This document shows positions 49,659 through 64,000 of a stretch of 64,000 bases of DNA, one piece after another. Each line of letters opens with the position of its first letter. Positions within the stretch are counted from its first letter, which is position 1. Origin of the DNA: Geosiphon pyriformis uo1 (Eukaryota; Fungi; Glomeromycota); contig JAAOMT010000299.1 in the NCBI GenBank assembly GCA_016748015.1, positions 1,101,924-1,165,923 of the forward strand. The letters run 5' to 3'. The translations under genes were made by a program, and so were the position numbers. A model generated the notes under the pieces. It was not told the DNA's origin. It saw only the letters and a list, made by a program, of their open reading frames with translations, and searched no databases.

Positions 49659-51819
49659 CAGTCAGACCTCCATAAAAGAACCCTCGATAAAAGAACAACC
49701 TCTTACAAAGAACATTTTTTTTTAGAACCAATTGATTAATTAACAATTTTCTCTTTATATAAGAACAATCTATAAAGGAACAAGAACATTCATATAAGAA
49801 CAAATATCACTTGCTAGATGTTAATTGGTAATTGGGAAAAGAGTTAGAACGTATTGAATTGATTTCATCCTAACTTTCTTTTAAATCGATTTACATTGGA
49901 CTTACACTTTTTGATCTTGTCTGTTTTCACGTACAGCCACTTAGCCCCTATTGTATTCCAATTCAGGCTTGCTAAAACCAAATCTAATATTATCATTATA
50001 GGCACATTTTCTAACAGACTTGCTAAATTATCACAATGTCGGAACCTTTATTCAAAAAACAAAAACGAGCAGCAGTTAATGATGCTCTTCGTAAAGAAAT
50101 TTGTCATATTCCAAAAATCACTATGGCATGAAACATGATGATATTGTAGCTTACTTCAAACATAAATATCCAGAACTTCATATTTCTCGTCCAACTGTCT
50201 CCAAGAAAATCAAAGAGCATGCAAAGTAGTTGAATATTGAAATTGATGAAATCTCAGAAAGATCTATTTGACACAAAAGCATTAAATTTCCATTATTAGA
50301 CCAAGCTTTAAGTTATTGGGTAGAAGAAGTAACTGCAGCCACTATCGAATTCAATTATCAACTAATTAAAGAGAAAGGAAAAGAATTTGCCAAACTTCTT
50401 GTTATGCACGAAAATGAAATGCAATTCTCAAATGGATGGATTCAAAAATTCAAAAACAAAACCAGTTACGTTTTTACCGATTTCATGGTGAAGCAGGAAG
50501 TGTATCAACTGAAAGTTTACCAGAAGAACGAAGAAAATTAAAAACCATTATATCCGAATTTGATCCTGCTAACATATGTAATGCTGATGAAACAGGATTA
50601 TTTTTTCGTATGGGACCAAATCAAACACTTGCAAAACATCGAAATGCAGGAAAAAAATTGGCATATTATATTTACCAATTGTTATCGATATATAATTGTT
50701 ATATTAAATTAATTGGGTTTTTTATAGGATAAATCTTGGATTCCAATTCTTCTTGCTACAAATTCAACTGGATCTCACAAATTGCAACCTTTAGTAATTG
50801 GACATGCAAAAAATCCAAGATGCTTTAAAGGAATTAATACTTCCAACCTATCTGTAATTTACAAATTCAATTCCAAAGTATGAATACACTCAGATATATG
50901 GAAAACATGGCTCAAATATATAAATGAAGCCTTTTAAATTCAAAATCGGCATATATTACTTTTGGTTAATAATGTAACTTCTCATCATACTCAAATCGGA
51001 AAAGATTCATTTCAATTAACTAATATAACTTTGCACTATTTTTCTTCATTACTACATTACATATTCAACCAATAGATGCTGACATTATTAAATCTTTCAA
51101 AGGCAAATATAAGCACTTATATTGTCAACATATTTTACATCAATTTGAACAAAAAATTAATATTAAACAGTTAAGTAATATAATATATATAGTATTATTA
51201 TCATTATATTATATAATTTTATCTAATATTAATTTATTTTTTAGAAATAAATTAAACATAAAACAAGCAATTGATTATGTTGTTCAATCATGGTTTCAAG
51301 TAATATCTGTTACAATTCAAAACTGTTGGCAAAAAACGGATATTCTTTTCTAAAATCAAGAATTAGAAATTCAAGAATCCGAAACATCAATTGCTATGGA
51401 TATATTCAACAATTTACCATCAAATGCACAACAATTGGTCAAAAATCTCGAAGATTATACTGTAGCAGTTGATGAATTATTGGCAACTGAAAATATTCTT
51501 GATGATAATGAAATTGTAGATATGGTTTTAGCCGATGCTCAAATTGAAACCAATACAATTAATAACTCGGAAGAAGAATTAGAAGAATCTCCACCTGCTA
51601 TAATTACAATTACAGAAGCATATGAAGCATTAAAAAAGGTAATTAAATTTGAAGAGCAATTAGCAGAAGAAAATTTTAGTATAGAAAACCAAGAAAAAAA
51701 TTATATGAATACGAAATATAGTTTATTTGATAATAATTATAAAACTCTATGATAGAACATCTCTAAAATAGAACATAATTTGCATGTCCCAACTGTGTTT
51801 TTTTATAGAGGTTTGACTA
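49659..51819 (+). mobile_element. pogo/Tigger-like DNA transposon with degenerate, intron-containing transposase (CENP-B HTH + DDE_1)
   Basis: TIRs CAGTCAGACCTCCATAAAAGAAC and (rc) TAGTCAAACCTCTATAAAAAAAC, flanked by TA repeats. Motifs FSNGWIQKFK, HGEAGSV, NADETGLFFR, KLQPLVIGHAKNPRCFK, LLLVNNVTSH, IQPIDADIIKSFK. Confidence 0.92.
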
Positions 51820-54800
51820 TATATATATATTAGAGATTCTTTTATATATCAATCTTATTAGCTAAATTAAACACAAATTATATGAAAATATATATAAAAA
51901 ACCTAAAGACATAAGTAGTTTTAAGTCATATAAAAAGCTAAAGTTTTTGTCTTATGTCAAATTTATATATTTAATAAAGCTTAAAAAGTAGAAAAAACGA
52001 TTGAGAATTTTGTTTATTAGTATTTACAACAGACTTGTAAAAAAAATATAATTTATTTTATATGATTGTTTTATTTTTAAAGACAAAAAAAATGCATGTT
52101 TTATTATTGTTATAAAGTAGTAATTATTAATATAGAATATAAAAAAATGGTTTTTTAATTTGTATAATACAAAAAGTTTATTATGTTTCAATTAAACAAC
52201 AAAAACAAAATATTTATTGAAATTACTCATTTGATTAGTAATTTTTTTTAAGAGTATATTAGTAAGATCGTCTAAAAACTATAAAAATTCATTTATAATT
52301 AGATTGTTTGATTTAAACAAAGATTAATATAATTATATTAACTTCTTTTTTTACACTATTTTTTTTTGTTTTGTATAATTGTTAGTATTTGTAAAGTATA
52401 TTAAATAAAAATTTACTAAAAAATACAATTAATATTTGTTATTAAATTCTAAAAATGTTAACATAGAGTATAAAATTATAACAATATACTATTTTTAGTA
52501 AACTATTTTTCTACTTTTAAATTATCTTGCTATCTTTTAAAAAAAATAGCAATAAAGATATTTATAAAGCCCATTTTGGATATTGAATCTACTAATCAAT
52601 TTGCTTATTGAAGTTAAATTTACTTTTAATTAATTTTTGTTATATAATACTTTTCTTTTTTGCTATTTATTAATATATTATATATTATTATTAGTAATTT
52701 TTTGAATTTATATAATTTCTTATATTATAAAATAAAATAAAAACATAAATAATTTTTAAAGTAACAAAAAAACATATTTAGAATTAATAAAAAAATTTAG
52801 AAAAAGTATTTAAAAAATACTGCTTATTATAAATTATAGTAAAAAATAGATTTAATATAAACTAATATTTATTTTAAGCTATAAAAAACAAATTATATTG
52901 AATTTATATGCTATGTTAATATTATTTTAAATATATTAATTGAATTATTAGCTTATATAGCATATTATTTTTCAAAAGTTAGTAATTTAATTTAAAACAT
53001 TAATTATAAATTAATTAATTATATTTTTTAACTTAAATATAATAATATTTTGAATATATAAATTTTTGATATTTTTTTTTAACTTTTATTTTAATATGCT
53101 TAAAAAAATTATAAACAAAAACAACAGATTTTGATTATTATTACTTAATTATAAAATAATAGCTAATTTTTTTAAAAAAACATTAAAATTTAATAAAAAT
53201 AAAACAAACTTTTATTTTTAGATTATACATTATTCTAGACTGAAGTTAACTTATTTTTCAATAAATTTATCTTAATCTGAGGCAGCTTAATCTTAGTCTT
53301 AGAGTCTGCAAAAGAAATATTGTTCTGAGAATTTCTAGCCTGGAAGTGCCTAACTTCATCAACAAGTTCTAAATTATGAATGCATAATTTTTGGATCTTA
53401 ATATTGGCACTTACTAGATTCTGTCACCATTTTTTTTTCTTTTGATTCCACTCCTCTATCTTCCAATTAAAATCTTTTTCTCACTCCCCATACTTATTTT
53501 GCAAATTACTATTATAGCCAAATATCTCTGAAGAATCTTAGAGGATATTATATAATACTTAAGATCTTTTATATTATCCATAATAAATAATAATAAATAT
53601 TATGGGAAATAACAGTGACATACTTATTGATATATTTAAAAAATATAAGATAAGTAACAAAATTATTAATATTAAATATTATATATAATTACTTATAATT
53701 ACCCAATTACAAAATAAAATAAAATACATAACAGCTAAATATTATTGTGCAAATACATCTTATTTATCTCCAGAAACATTTGAGAAAATCAAACAATCCC
53801 AAAAAAGAGTTAAAAATATGACTATAACAATGACCAATAGATATTACACTTCAACTCATTAAATATATGAAATCTGAAACATATATGCCTAAAAATTGCT
53901 CTTACACAAATAACAAATAATGTCTATATCCAAAAATAATGTTTTGAATCAACTATCAGAAAAAAAATTTAAAAATAAAATCTATTTGAATATCTGACTT
54001 GCTAAATATATTAATGAGACCAGCTCAATTAATCATTTAATAAAAGAGACAAATAGATATAATAACTTGCATGCTAAACTCAAACAGTTTTGTAAAGAAA
54101 AAAGAAGCTAAATATGGAATGGAAAGAATCTTAAAGAAGATACCACATTCAAGTTCTAGTTAATTTATTTTTGTTTTTTTAGATATATAGATCCATATTT
54201 ATAGGTTTTTATTAAGCTCAATTAATTTAGTATTAGACTTGGGTATCTCATAACATTTTTTTCAGTTCCTTATAAGTCATGTGTTTTTTTGACTTTTTAA
54301 GCAATTTTTCAACAATATTTACATAAAACCAGTATTATTTAAATTTTTTAAGAGTTCTTTTACTGAAAGAGATATAAATAATAGTATATTAAGTTCTTAA
54401 TAAATATTTACTGATTTATTATTAATTGTATTTAGTTTTAAGGCATTTTAATTAAATGCTCTTAATTGTTTGTGCAATCTTGAGACATTAGAGAAATCTT
54501 ATCTAAATTGTTTTGTGTTTCTAATGATTAATGCAGCACTTTGGATATTTGGGAGAAAAAACTATATTTAATAGTTCTATTTATTTGATTTTTAATATTA
54601 TAAAAAGCATTTCTAATCATAATAATCAATATATTTATATGATTTCCATAGTGGTAAAATTTATTTACAAACAGAAAAATTATGTATTTATGTAGATGGA
54701 ATAGATTATATAAATGATGTTACCAATTATCTCTTAATTTATGATGAAAAAGCAAAACCTAAGACTTTTAAAAAGAAGTAAGATAAAGATAATATAAAAA

Positions 54801-57539
54801 ATACCATCAATATGGTTTGTCTTTACAATAATATTATTATTGGAAAAGCAAATGCTTGACATTAATTGTTTGCTAATTTGCAAATTTATAGATTTATAAC
54901 AACATTAAAGTATTATTAATGATGCTTGACTTTTATGATATAATTTGTGATATAATGCTTTAAATTAAGTGTAGGTATAATTTCTTAATATATTTAAATA
55001 TTTTTTTTAGATGCATATAAATTATTCAAAATTGATTACTATTCTTTACCAAAAGACTAATTAGATATGCTTAAATTTGTGTACATGTATAAGGTAGTTA
55101 TAAAGTAGATAGTAAGTATATAATTTTATATATTTATTGCTAAATAATAATATTTGCATCAATCTAATTACAAAATATTTTGCTAACAGTTATATGTCTG
55201 CTTAACAAAAGCTGGTTTGATTGCAAATAGAAAAAAGAGGCATATTATACATTACTCTAAAGTGCAAATTACTAAAAAATTGGCACAAATTAGAGAGTCA
55301 GAAATTTGGCTTAATAATTAACTTAATAAACATTTTAGTATTCTATTGTAAAATAAGTGTGTTTATTTTGAAAATTTTTCTTTAAACTCTATTATTTAGA
55401 TATTAAATTTTTTAAAAAATAAAATATTTCCACATTAACATCAATATTCAAGCACAAAGTGACAAATCTATTTTAGTCCTCCTTTTTTTTGTTTTCTTAT
55501 TTCTATTAAGCCTATCAAAAGACCCTTTAATTTCAGTTATTTCAAATCCTACTGTCATTACAAATAAGAGTAGTGGGAATGAAAATGGGTTTGGCAATAG
55601 AAATGTTGGAAGTGACATTGGAAACAATAATGATAGTAAGATTAGAAATAATAATAATGATAAAGTTTGAAGCAAAAATAATAATACAATTGGGAATAAC
55701 AATCATAATAAAATTGACAAAAAGCACTAAGAAACTATCATTCACACTAAGTAGTGTTTAATCTAAAATATACCTATACAATCTTCTTCAATTACTTATT
55801 TCATGTCAAATCACCTTTTTTCTTAATTAAACTCTTTACTGTTTAAGAAATAAAATTATATTTGAGTCTGGAATTAGAAGATTTTTTTTAGTCAGTGATG
55901 AATATCATGTTAATTAAATAGATTAAAAAAAAATACATAACATTATTTTATAAAATAGAATTAATTTTTAATATTTATTTAAAAAAAAATTTCAATAAAA
56001 ATTTACAGGCATTTGTATTATTTTATTTATTTTGCCAAAAGGCTTTTAATTTTGACAATATAGAACATAGTATGATCAATTGTTGTCACTAGTGGTTATA
56101 ACTGAGAGTTTTATAATTTATTAAATTTGAAAAACTTCTAATTTTTCATTATCTTTTTAGATAACACTAAATTTTAAAAGAATAGCATCATCATCATAAT
56201 TTTTGGTTATTCTGTTTAATCATCTCTAAACTATTTGCATATCTTTTAAAAACAAAAGAAAAAAAAGGTTTCAATGTTTTTTTTTTTCATTAAAATTTTA
56301 TGTTTTCTTGTTTAAATAAATAACAATCTTCAAATTGTTAAAAGAAACAGAACTTAAAAGGGAATCTGATTAGAAAAAGAAAGATTAAGATTTGAATCTT
56401 ATTTAGAAAAATGGTTATTATATTTCAACTAATAAAAAAAATTTGTACACTATTATTTACTCACACAAAGTTATTTTCATAAATAGTATTAATTAGTTTA
56501 GATCTTCTGACATCTCTTTTTTTAACAATAGCCCATAAGTTTTTAGTTGAATTTAAGTTAAGTAAATTGGCAAGCTAATCAATAACATTGTGAATATTTC
56601 TAGCAATAAATGCCTAAACAATTTTACATTTGTGCTTTGAATTATTATCTTACTGAAACCATCATTTACATTCTAGTATTTTTTTTAATTTTAGAGAAAT
56701 AAATGTGAAAAATTTCAATGTAAAATTTACTATTTATTATACTAGTAAATAAAATAAATTAGGTTTTTTTCCTCTATAAAAATTACCAAACAAAATTTTT
56801 TTTTCAGTCTTTTGATAATTACAAACTTTTATACCAATGTTTTAATGTGTTCTTAAATAAACAAAATACTGTTTTATTTGTAAATACAGCTCAGTTTTTA
56901 TTGTTATTTAAACATTAGTAAGTCTATTCTATACAGTTTTTTTTTATGCTTATTTGTAAGTATCAGTATTGCTAAAAAAAAGTTTTTTTAATATCTAAAA
57001 AATTTTAAATATCTTTTTGTTGTTTTGTAAAATATATTTATATTAGTTTTTGACAAATTTGTTGTCAAAGTTTTTGTTTTCTGTTGTTTTCTGTTGTATT
57101 TTACTTGTATTTTATATGCTCTTATTTCAGAAATATAAGACAATTTATTGCTGCATTTTTTGTTTAAATAGAAGCAACATTGCTCTTCTGGGCTGGCTTC
57201 TTTACCAGCAGTATACATATATGGTTAGGGTGGCTGGAACCTTTAACATCATAAAGAATTTTTCCTAATAACATCACTCTTTTAGGCCAGCTTTCCTAAT
57301 CAGCAATATACTTATATTGTAGTATTTGCTGTAAAATTATCACTAGATATAGGTTATAAAAAAGACTAAATATAAAATGTACTAACTTGTGGTAAAACTT
57401 CCAACACTCTCATTTTTATTCAAAATCAGTTATTTTTGTTAATAAGAAATTTATTGCACATTTTGCTAGGTTTTTAATAAGAAGTAGTGGTTGTAAAGCT
57501 GTTTCTTTTCTTTTCAGATAAATGACAATAGCAGAACAT

Positions 57540-58030
57540 ATAGTGTCAAAAGAGCTTTCTAAAAAAAGTTTGACATATTAACAATAAATAATTTGTCAAA
57601 ATAATACAAGTAAAAATGAAGCAACAAATATACATAATATAGATATACTGTTCTTTTAAAACATTTTTTTCCACTCATTTCAAATATGAGAGCTTGACCC
57701 AATTCAGCAAACTTTATTATAGCCTTTTGCCACAACCCATTCAATTAATACAATATTACTGAACTTAAACAAAGCTAAGACAATCACTTTCTTAAAAGCA
57801 TTTATGGAAATTTTTTTGATGATTACCATTCAATCTAAATGTACTTTTTGTTTTTTAAAATTACTGTTTACCAAAATTCTTTTATCTGCAGCCAATAATA
57901 ATTTCTTAAAATTTTAAAAAAGTGATAACTCTTCTAAAACTATACACAATTGAAAATAACTTTCTAATTATCTATGACATTTTTTCTTTTAATAGCTAAA
58001 AAATTAATATCCAAAGCAAAATATTTTTTT
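57540..58030 (-). mobile_element. Eroded inverted ORF1 fragment related to the adjacent LINE
   Basis: RILVNSNFKKQKVHLD*MVIIKKIS...GLWQKAIIKF versus KIVVNGDFKKANIHSNREVIIKKIP...GLWQKALIEF in ORF 59118-59645. Confidence 0.75.
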
Positions 58031-58299
58031 CAATTTTTTTTAATTACTTCAAGAACAAACTGTTTTTATTATTAATATTAAATTTTTATGTTTTTATTTT
58101 ATTTTTTATTTAATATAATATAATAAATTAAATATTTATTACATATAATTAATTATTTAAACCAATTAAAACTATATTATATATTTATATATATTAATAT
58201 ATTACAATCTAAATCAAAAAAAACAAATATAATATATACTTTAAAAATATTAAATAAATATATTATACTATTAAAATATTTTTTTCTCTCATCGATCTT

Positions 58300-61200
58300 C
58301 TAACCACAATGAGAGCAAAAGATAATTTTAAAGAAATTGCTTTTTCTTTTCCCTCTTTCCTCAATTCCTGTTAACTATTTCTTTTAACTTATCCTTATTT
58401 GTTGTGATGGAACTGGTGGGCTCGTCTGCTGATAGTTCTGGTTTGGGTTCGGCTGGTTTGGACCTGCCAGAGTGCTAAAAACAAGCGTGTTAATACAGTC
58501 TATTCCTATGGTGTATTTTACAAGAAGTCTAAGAAGCCTGCAGTTGGCATTTTGGTTGAGTTGTCCACTGATCCTCTATGTTTGGAAGATTTGGGTGGTG
58601 ACAATGGTAAGCTGGTCGCATCCTGGGGAAGCAGAGTAGATAGCATTTCTGGCAGTATAAGTGGTCTTTCGGATGTCAAGAATTTGGAGAACATGGTTGC
58701 TGAGAAGACAAGCTACATTGATTCAGATGAGGACAATGAAATGAACAAAATTATGCTGCGAAGAACTTGCACTTGGACGTATATGTTGGAACAACCTCTT
58801 AAGGCACTTCTATTTGCTACTATGAATGACAATGACGACAATTCTGTGTTGCCGCCTCCTAAAATCAGTAAGTCTAATCAGCTGCCTTCTTCTAAATCAT
58901 ATGTTCTAAAGAGTCATAGTTTCAGGCCAATGAAATTGTTTGCTCTAGATGTAAATTTGTCAGCTGTTCCTGGCAAAACTAATAGTGATAAGCTCATTTT
59001 AATCAAAAAAATTTTTTACAAAATTGATGGTTTTGGGGGAGCTTCAACTCCCTTAAAATTTCTTGGTATTATTTATTCAACTTTCACAAATGAGTCTAGT
59101 TTGATTAAGGCAGGGAAATGGCAGTTCATGAGAAAATTGTTGTCAATGGTGATTTTAAAAAAGCAAACATTCATTCGAATCGGGAAGTGATCATTAAGAA
59201 GATCCCAGTTGATCTTTCAAAGTTGGCTGTAAAATCTGTTTTTTCTAAATTTGGCAAGATTGTTTTCATTAGAATGCAATTGATTGGTCTTTGGCAAAAG
59301 GCCCTGATTGAATTTGAGTCATCAGAAATTGCCAGTTTGGTTGCTTCTAAGTGGTCTGTTCTTGTGGGAAAAAATTTGGTTTGTGTAGTACTGGCTGTCA
59401 ATAATAAACAAATATGGATGTCAAGAGATTGTCATCAGGCTTTGCTCTATACTCTTCCAGTTAGTACTTCAGCCCATGATCTGTCAGAATTGTTGGTATC
59501 ATATGGTGGGAGAACTTGTTTCATTGGCTGCAATCCTGGTTCATATGTCCGCGATTGGTGTACAATCATTTGTTTTGAGAATGAGAATGCCAAATTGGCT
59601 GCTGTTAGTACCGTTCTAATTTTCAAGGGTGTTAGTTTGCATTGAACTAGTCTTGTTTTGGCTAGCTGTACCAAGTGTGAACAGTTTGGTCATATTACTA
59701 CCAGCTGTCCTGTGGGTGGAAGTTCTGGTGTTTATGGGAAGAGGATAGTTTCTGATCAGGATCAGGTTTGTTTAGCTAGTATATATAAGAAAAAGTCGGC
59801 TCTTATTGCTCGTCCAGTTTTGTTTGGTGGCAAAACATGGACCCAAGTTGCTAGTGGCATCTCTTTTCATATGTCTCCTTCTGGTTCTCTTGGGTCTGGT
59901 TTGTGTGCTGGTTTGGTTCTCCCTTCAGCAGTCTCTGATTATCTTGTTGTTTTCCATTTGAATGATTATTTGGCGGTTTTGGAACACTCTTTGGAGCTTC
60001 TGGCTGACCATGTTTCTGGCATCCTGGTCAAGTTGGATTCCTTTGGTGTGATTCCTTTGGTTCTTTCTTCCCTGGCCACCTCTTTTGTTATTTCTGCAGC
60101 TTTGAGTTTTGAAGTGAATTCAGATATAATTGTGGACAATGCTTTGAGTTCTTTTGATATTACTTCTCCTGTCACTATTGATGCTGTTGTCGACCTCAGC
60201 ACTAGTAGTTCCAAGGTTCTTACTGCCAAAGTGGGTGGTTTGGAGACGAAATTGGTCACTTTGGAGGCTTTGGTTGGTTCAGTTTTAGATAAGTTGAATC
60301 TTCTGTGGTCTGGTTCAGGTCTGTTAGCTCTTATGTCATCTTAATGACTCACTTTATTTGGAAGATTGCCACATGCAATGTCAGAGGTATGAACATTTGT
60401 GTGAAGCAGACAGACATTGTTTATTGGCATAAAGGCATGAACAATATGGTTTCTATTGTCACTGAAACAAAGTTGAAGGGAAAGATTTGCCCTTGGATCA
60501 CTAATAAATTTGATGGTGTTCGTGTTTTTACTTCTGGACTGGATTCTGGTCACATGGAATTTGGTGTTGCAATCATTTTGAACTCTTTTTTGATAAGACA
60601 TGTGTGTAAAGTTTCAGAGGTGTCTGGTCGGCTTCTGTTGGTTAGATTGCTTTTTAAGAAGAAACTCTCTGTGTTTATTCTGGGGCTGTATGCTGGTGCG
60701 TCTTCAGCAGTTCGTTTTTCTCAGGCTGGCAAGGTTAACTCTCTTATTGCTAAGGCTGTGAATGAGTCCTTTTTTGTTGTTTTTGGTGGTGATTTTAATG
60801 AGAATGGTTCTCACAAGTGTGCAAGTTTCAAAAAATGTTTTAAGTTGGGTTTGATTAACTCTCTGGAAGGAAGCTCTTTCGTAAAGTCACCCACTTGGTG
60901 CAATTCTTGTGGCATCACTAAAATGATTAACTATGTGCTTATTTCTTCTAATTTGGTTGGTGCGGTGGTGGATTGTGGTGTGGATGGTGTTGAAAACTAT
61001 TTTAATACTAATTACAAGGCTGTGTTTGTGTCAATGGGACTAGGAGGCCTGCTTAATGTCAAGTTGAAATTACTGCACAAACAAGCAAATAAAGATTATT
61101 GGAAGTATGATATCAAAAATACCAATGAGATTAAGTGGTCTGAGTTCAGGGATGCTATGGCTGCTAATGCTGTTATGTTCTCGGATAAGTTTGTTGCAGC

Positions 61201-64000
61201 TAAGCAGTTTTCTAATTTGGATGCGATGTAGAACATTGTTTGTAAGATTATAGTTCTTTCAGCTAGTGGAACGTTCAAGAAAAAGTGGTTTAAGAGTTTT
61301 GATTGTGTTTTTAATAAGATGTCTTCCCAGTTTCATAAACTGGAGCTACTAGTGTCTAAACTGGTGAAGGCTTCTTAGTTGGTTTCTGGTGGAGATTTTG
61401 CTTTGTTGTTGGATACTTGGAACAGGCTTGATTCTGTGGGCACTTTGCTGATGAGATCTCTGTTTCTTTTTGGCTCTAGTTTTAATGTGATCCATTCAGG
61501 GCTGGCTAAGATGAACAAGTCTTACCGCTCTTTTAAGTTGTTGGAATCTAAGCATGCTGAAAAATTTCATATGAGACAAGCTATTGAGAGGAGGATAGAA
61601 AGTTTTAAGATGGATAAAAGTCATATCATTAGGAGTGTTTTGGAGCATTCTTTTCATAAAGTGGTGTTGAATCATTTGGTGGATGATAGGGAGTTGGTCT
61701 TGGAGCCTGAGTTGGTTAAATCTAAGATGGATGGAATCATGGAGGGTTGGACCAGGAAGCATGTAGTGGCTTCTGATATCTCTAATAATTGGGCGAGGCA
61801 ATTTCAGTCTTTGAATTATGTCTTCGATAGTGCCTTCTCTAATGTGATGTATTCAATTGGTTTTAATGAAATATTTGATGTTATTTCAAATTTGCCTGAT
61901 GGGAAAGCAGCTGGTCTTTCTAGTATTACTAATAAACTTTAGAAACACTGTGACAAGTCAGTCTTGGATATGCTTTTGGTGCTTTTAAATTTTTGTTTGG
62001 GTTGTGAATCAGTGCCTAGACCTTGGAGAGAAGCCTAGGTCTTGATGATTCCTAAACCTTAAGAGTGAGAAGGGGTTCTTACTAATACCTGCCCTATTGC
62101 TTTGATTGAGACAGCTTGCAAAATTCTTTCTAAGATTCTTTCAGATCGGATCTTTCTGGCTTGTAGCACTTTTAATGTCCTCCATGGGGACAATTTCTCT
62201 GTCCTGAAAGGTATGTCTACTTAATCACCTATTTTCGCTATTGGTTCAGTGATCAAAGATGCTTTGGAAAAAAACTGAGAGTTGTGACTGGTTTTATAAG
62301 ATATATACAAAGCTTATAATTCTGTTGGTTGGGAGCATCTTGAGAAGAGTTTGGTTAGGATCAAAATGTGTGACAAATTTATCAGATTTTTTGGTAGTAT
62401 TCATAATGGTTGCACTGACAGATTTTGGTTTGACTGATGAATATCATGTTCACAATGGATTGGATCAGGGGGAGGTTTTTTTGCCACTTTTCTGACACAT
62501 ATTTTATGACTCATTTTTGTGTAAAATTAAGAGACAGGAGAGCATTTGTGGTTACAGGTTGATTTCTCATTTTGTTTCTAAAACTAGCCAGATGGAATCT
62601 CAAGCTGAACTGACATCATTTCTGGCCACCGGTGCTTTTGTTGATGATACTATCTGGGTCAGTAGCAGCCAGACTGCTACACAACATATTCTCAATGTTG
62701 TTAGTGATTTCTTTCATTTAAATGACATTTCGATAAATAATGACAAGACTGTGGTTATTTTTTTCAACTGTCAGGTTGCTGCTTCTTATCTAACTATCAG
62801 TGGTATGCCAATTTCCATTACTAAAAGAGGTGAATCTCATCATTATCTAGGGATTTTTTTTATCTTCTGAAGGTCTTTTGAAGCCCAACTTGGTTAAGGT
62901 GCATTCAGATGTTCGGTTTTTTGTCAATTGCATTCTAAAAAAAGTTATTTCAGATAAACAGTTTGCTTATTTGGTGTCTTCAGTTCTCTTTTCTATCATC
63001 AGCTACAGAACTCAGTTCAGTTTTATTCCTTTCAGTGTGTGTAATAAGTGGAACGCTTTGATTCGCAAGGGCCTGAAGTCCAAATCTGGGCTGCCTCTGG
63101 ACTTTTCCAATGATACGCTTTATCATCCTTCCTTGTACAATTTAAAAACTTTTGAGCAGATTCAGGCTAAGAGCAAGTCAGCTTCTGTTATTGCTTTTGC
63201 AAATTCGGTTAGTATTTCAGGTCACTTGTTTTCTCATAGGTCTCACAATCTCCAGGTTCTTAGCTGGTGTCCTCATCACTCTTTGTTGTTTCCTGTTCGT
63301 GTTAGAATTAGCCCTTCAAACAACTTTTTGGCAGGTGTAGTTCATATTTTTTCTGGGTGTAATTTGTCTTTGGGTGGCTTTCTGGCCAGTGTTTTTCATC
63401 TTCAGAGCAGTATTTCTATGTCTCTAGTTCTTGGCAAGACAATTTTCTTCAAATGTGTCTCTTCCCTTAAGCATTATGATATTGCTTTTGTAGAACAGCT
63501 TTGTAACTGGAATGGCATTGTTTTTGATTGGAAGACTTTCAAGCATTGGAAAAGACTAGACTCCCATGGCCCAGTCTCCTTCTGGTTTGATCTCTGTTTG
63601 TTTTCTTGGTGGTGTAGCTTCTCCTTCTAGTCGTTCTCTTTATGAGGGTGTTTGTGGCTCTTCTGACATCTATCAGTCTCTTGGTTTTGGTGTTGTTTGT
63701 AATAATCTGTTGAATGTTGGTGCCGCCCACCTCTCTGTGTACACAGATAGATCTTTGAGTAACTTGGGCAGTGTTGACATGTTGGCTGGTCCTATGGTTT
63801 TCTTTAAAAACATTGATTCAGGTCTGGATGTGGGGGTTTCTGGTTTGGTTTTTTCTACTTTGGCAGAGTTGCAGGCCATTGCTTTAGCTCTTGAGTGTGT
63901 TTCTTCTTTTCATTTGGTTGACTTGTTTTCGGACAGCCAGGTGGCTATAGATGCTTACAGGTTGGAGTTTTTATCAGCTGGCCCTGATTTCAGGAATTGT
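58300..64000 (+). mobile_element. Degenerate non-LTR retrotransposon (LINE) with ORF1 and APE-RT-RNase H ORF2, truncated by the window end
   Basis: ORF1 from ATG 58407, with an RRM-like region and zinc knuckle CTKCEQFGHITTSC. ORF2: APE motifs ATCNVRG, TETKL, GGDFNE; RT motifs PIALIET, LDQGEV, FVDDT; RNase H motifs VYTDRSL, AELQAIALAL, SDSQ. Many stops and frameshifts; 5' boundary approximate. Confidence 0.93.

Overview
Eukaryotic, very AT-rich fungal nuclear DNA with spliceosomal GT-AG introns, microsatellites and one 61-N gap. The repeat and gene families suggest Glomeromycotina, most reminiscent of Geosiphon pyriformis (recollection and inference, not a database result). The left ~32 kb retains CpG and holds small genes, several invisible or fragmented in the ORF track because they are spliced: a 4-exon 122-aa two-repeat MYB factor (23119-22407, -), a 3-exon F-box protein (9218-7974, -), a 2-exon protein with a C-terminal HTH-like domain (30649-31858, +), one intact and two decayed small coiled-coil genes, and a signal-peptide gene with one in-frame stop. 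The right ~32 kb is an AT-eroded transposon graveyard: two Tc1/mariner elements with TIRs and TA duplications, an intron-containing pogo/Tigger element, a class-3 lipase-like pseudogene, and a long degenerate non-LTR retrotransposon (ORF1 zinc knuckle; ORF2 APE-RT-RNase H) running off the window end. The most notable feature is a ~2 kb intronless, bacterial-type island at ~26.7-28.8 kb. It carries a frameshifted higB-higA toxin-antitoxin operon, a ribbon-helix-helix gene and small Cys-motif ORFs, most plausibly a fossil insertion from a Mollicutes-related endobacterium (MRE) or its plasmid.
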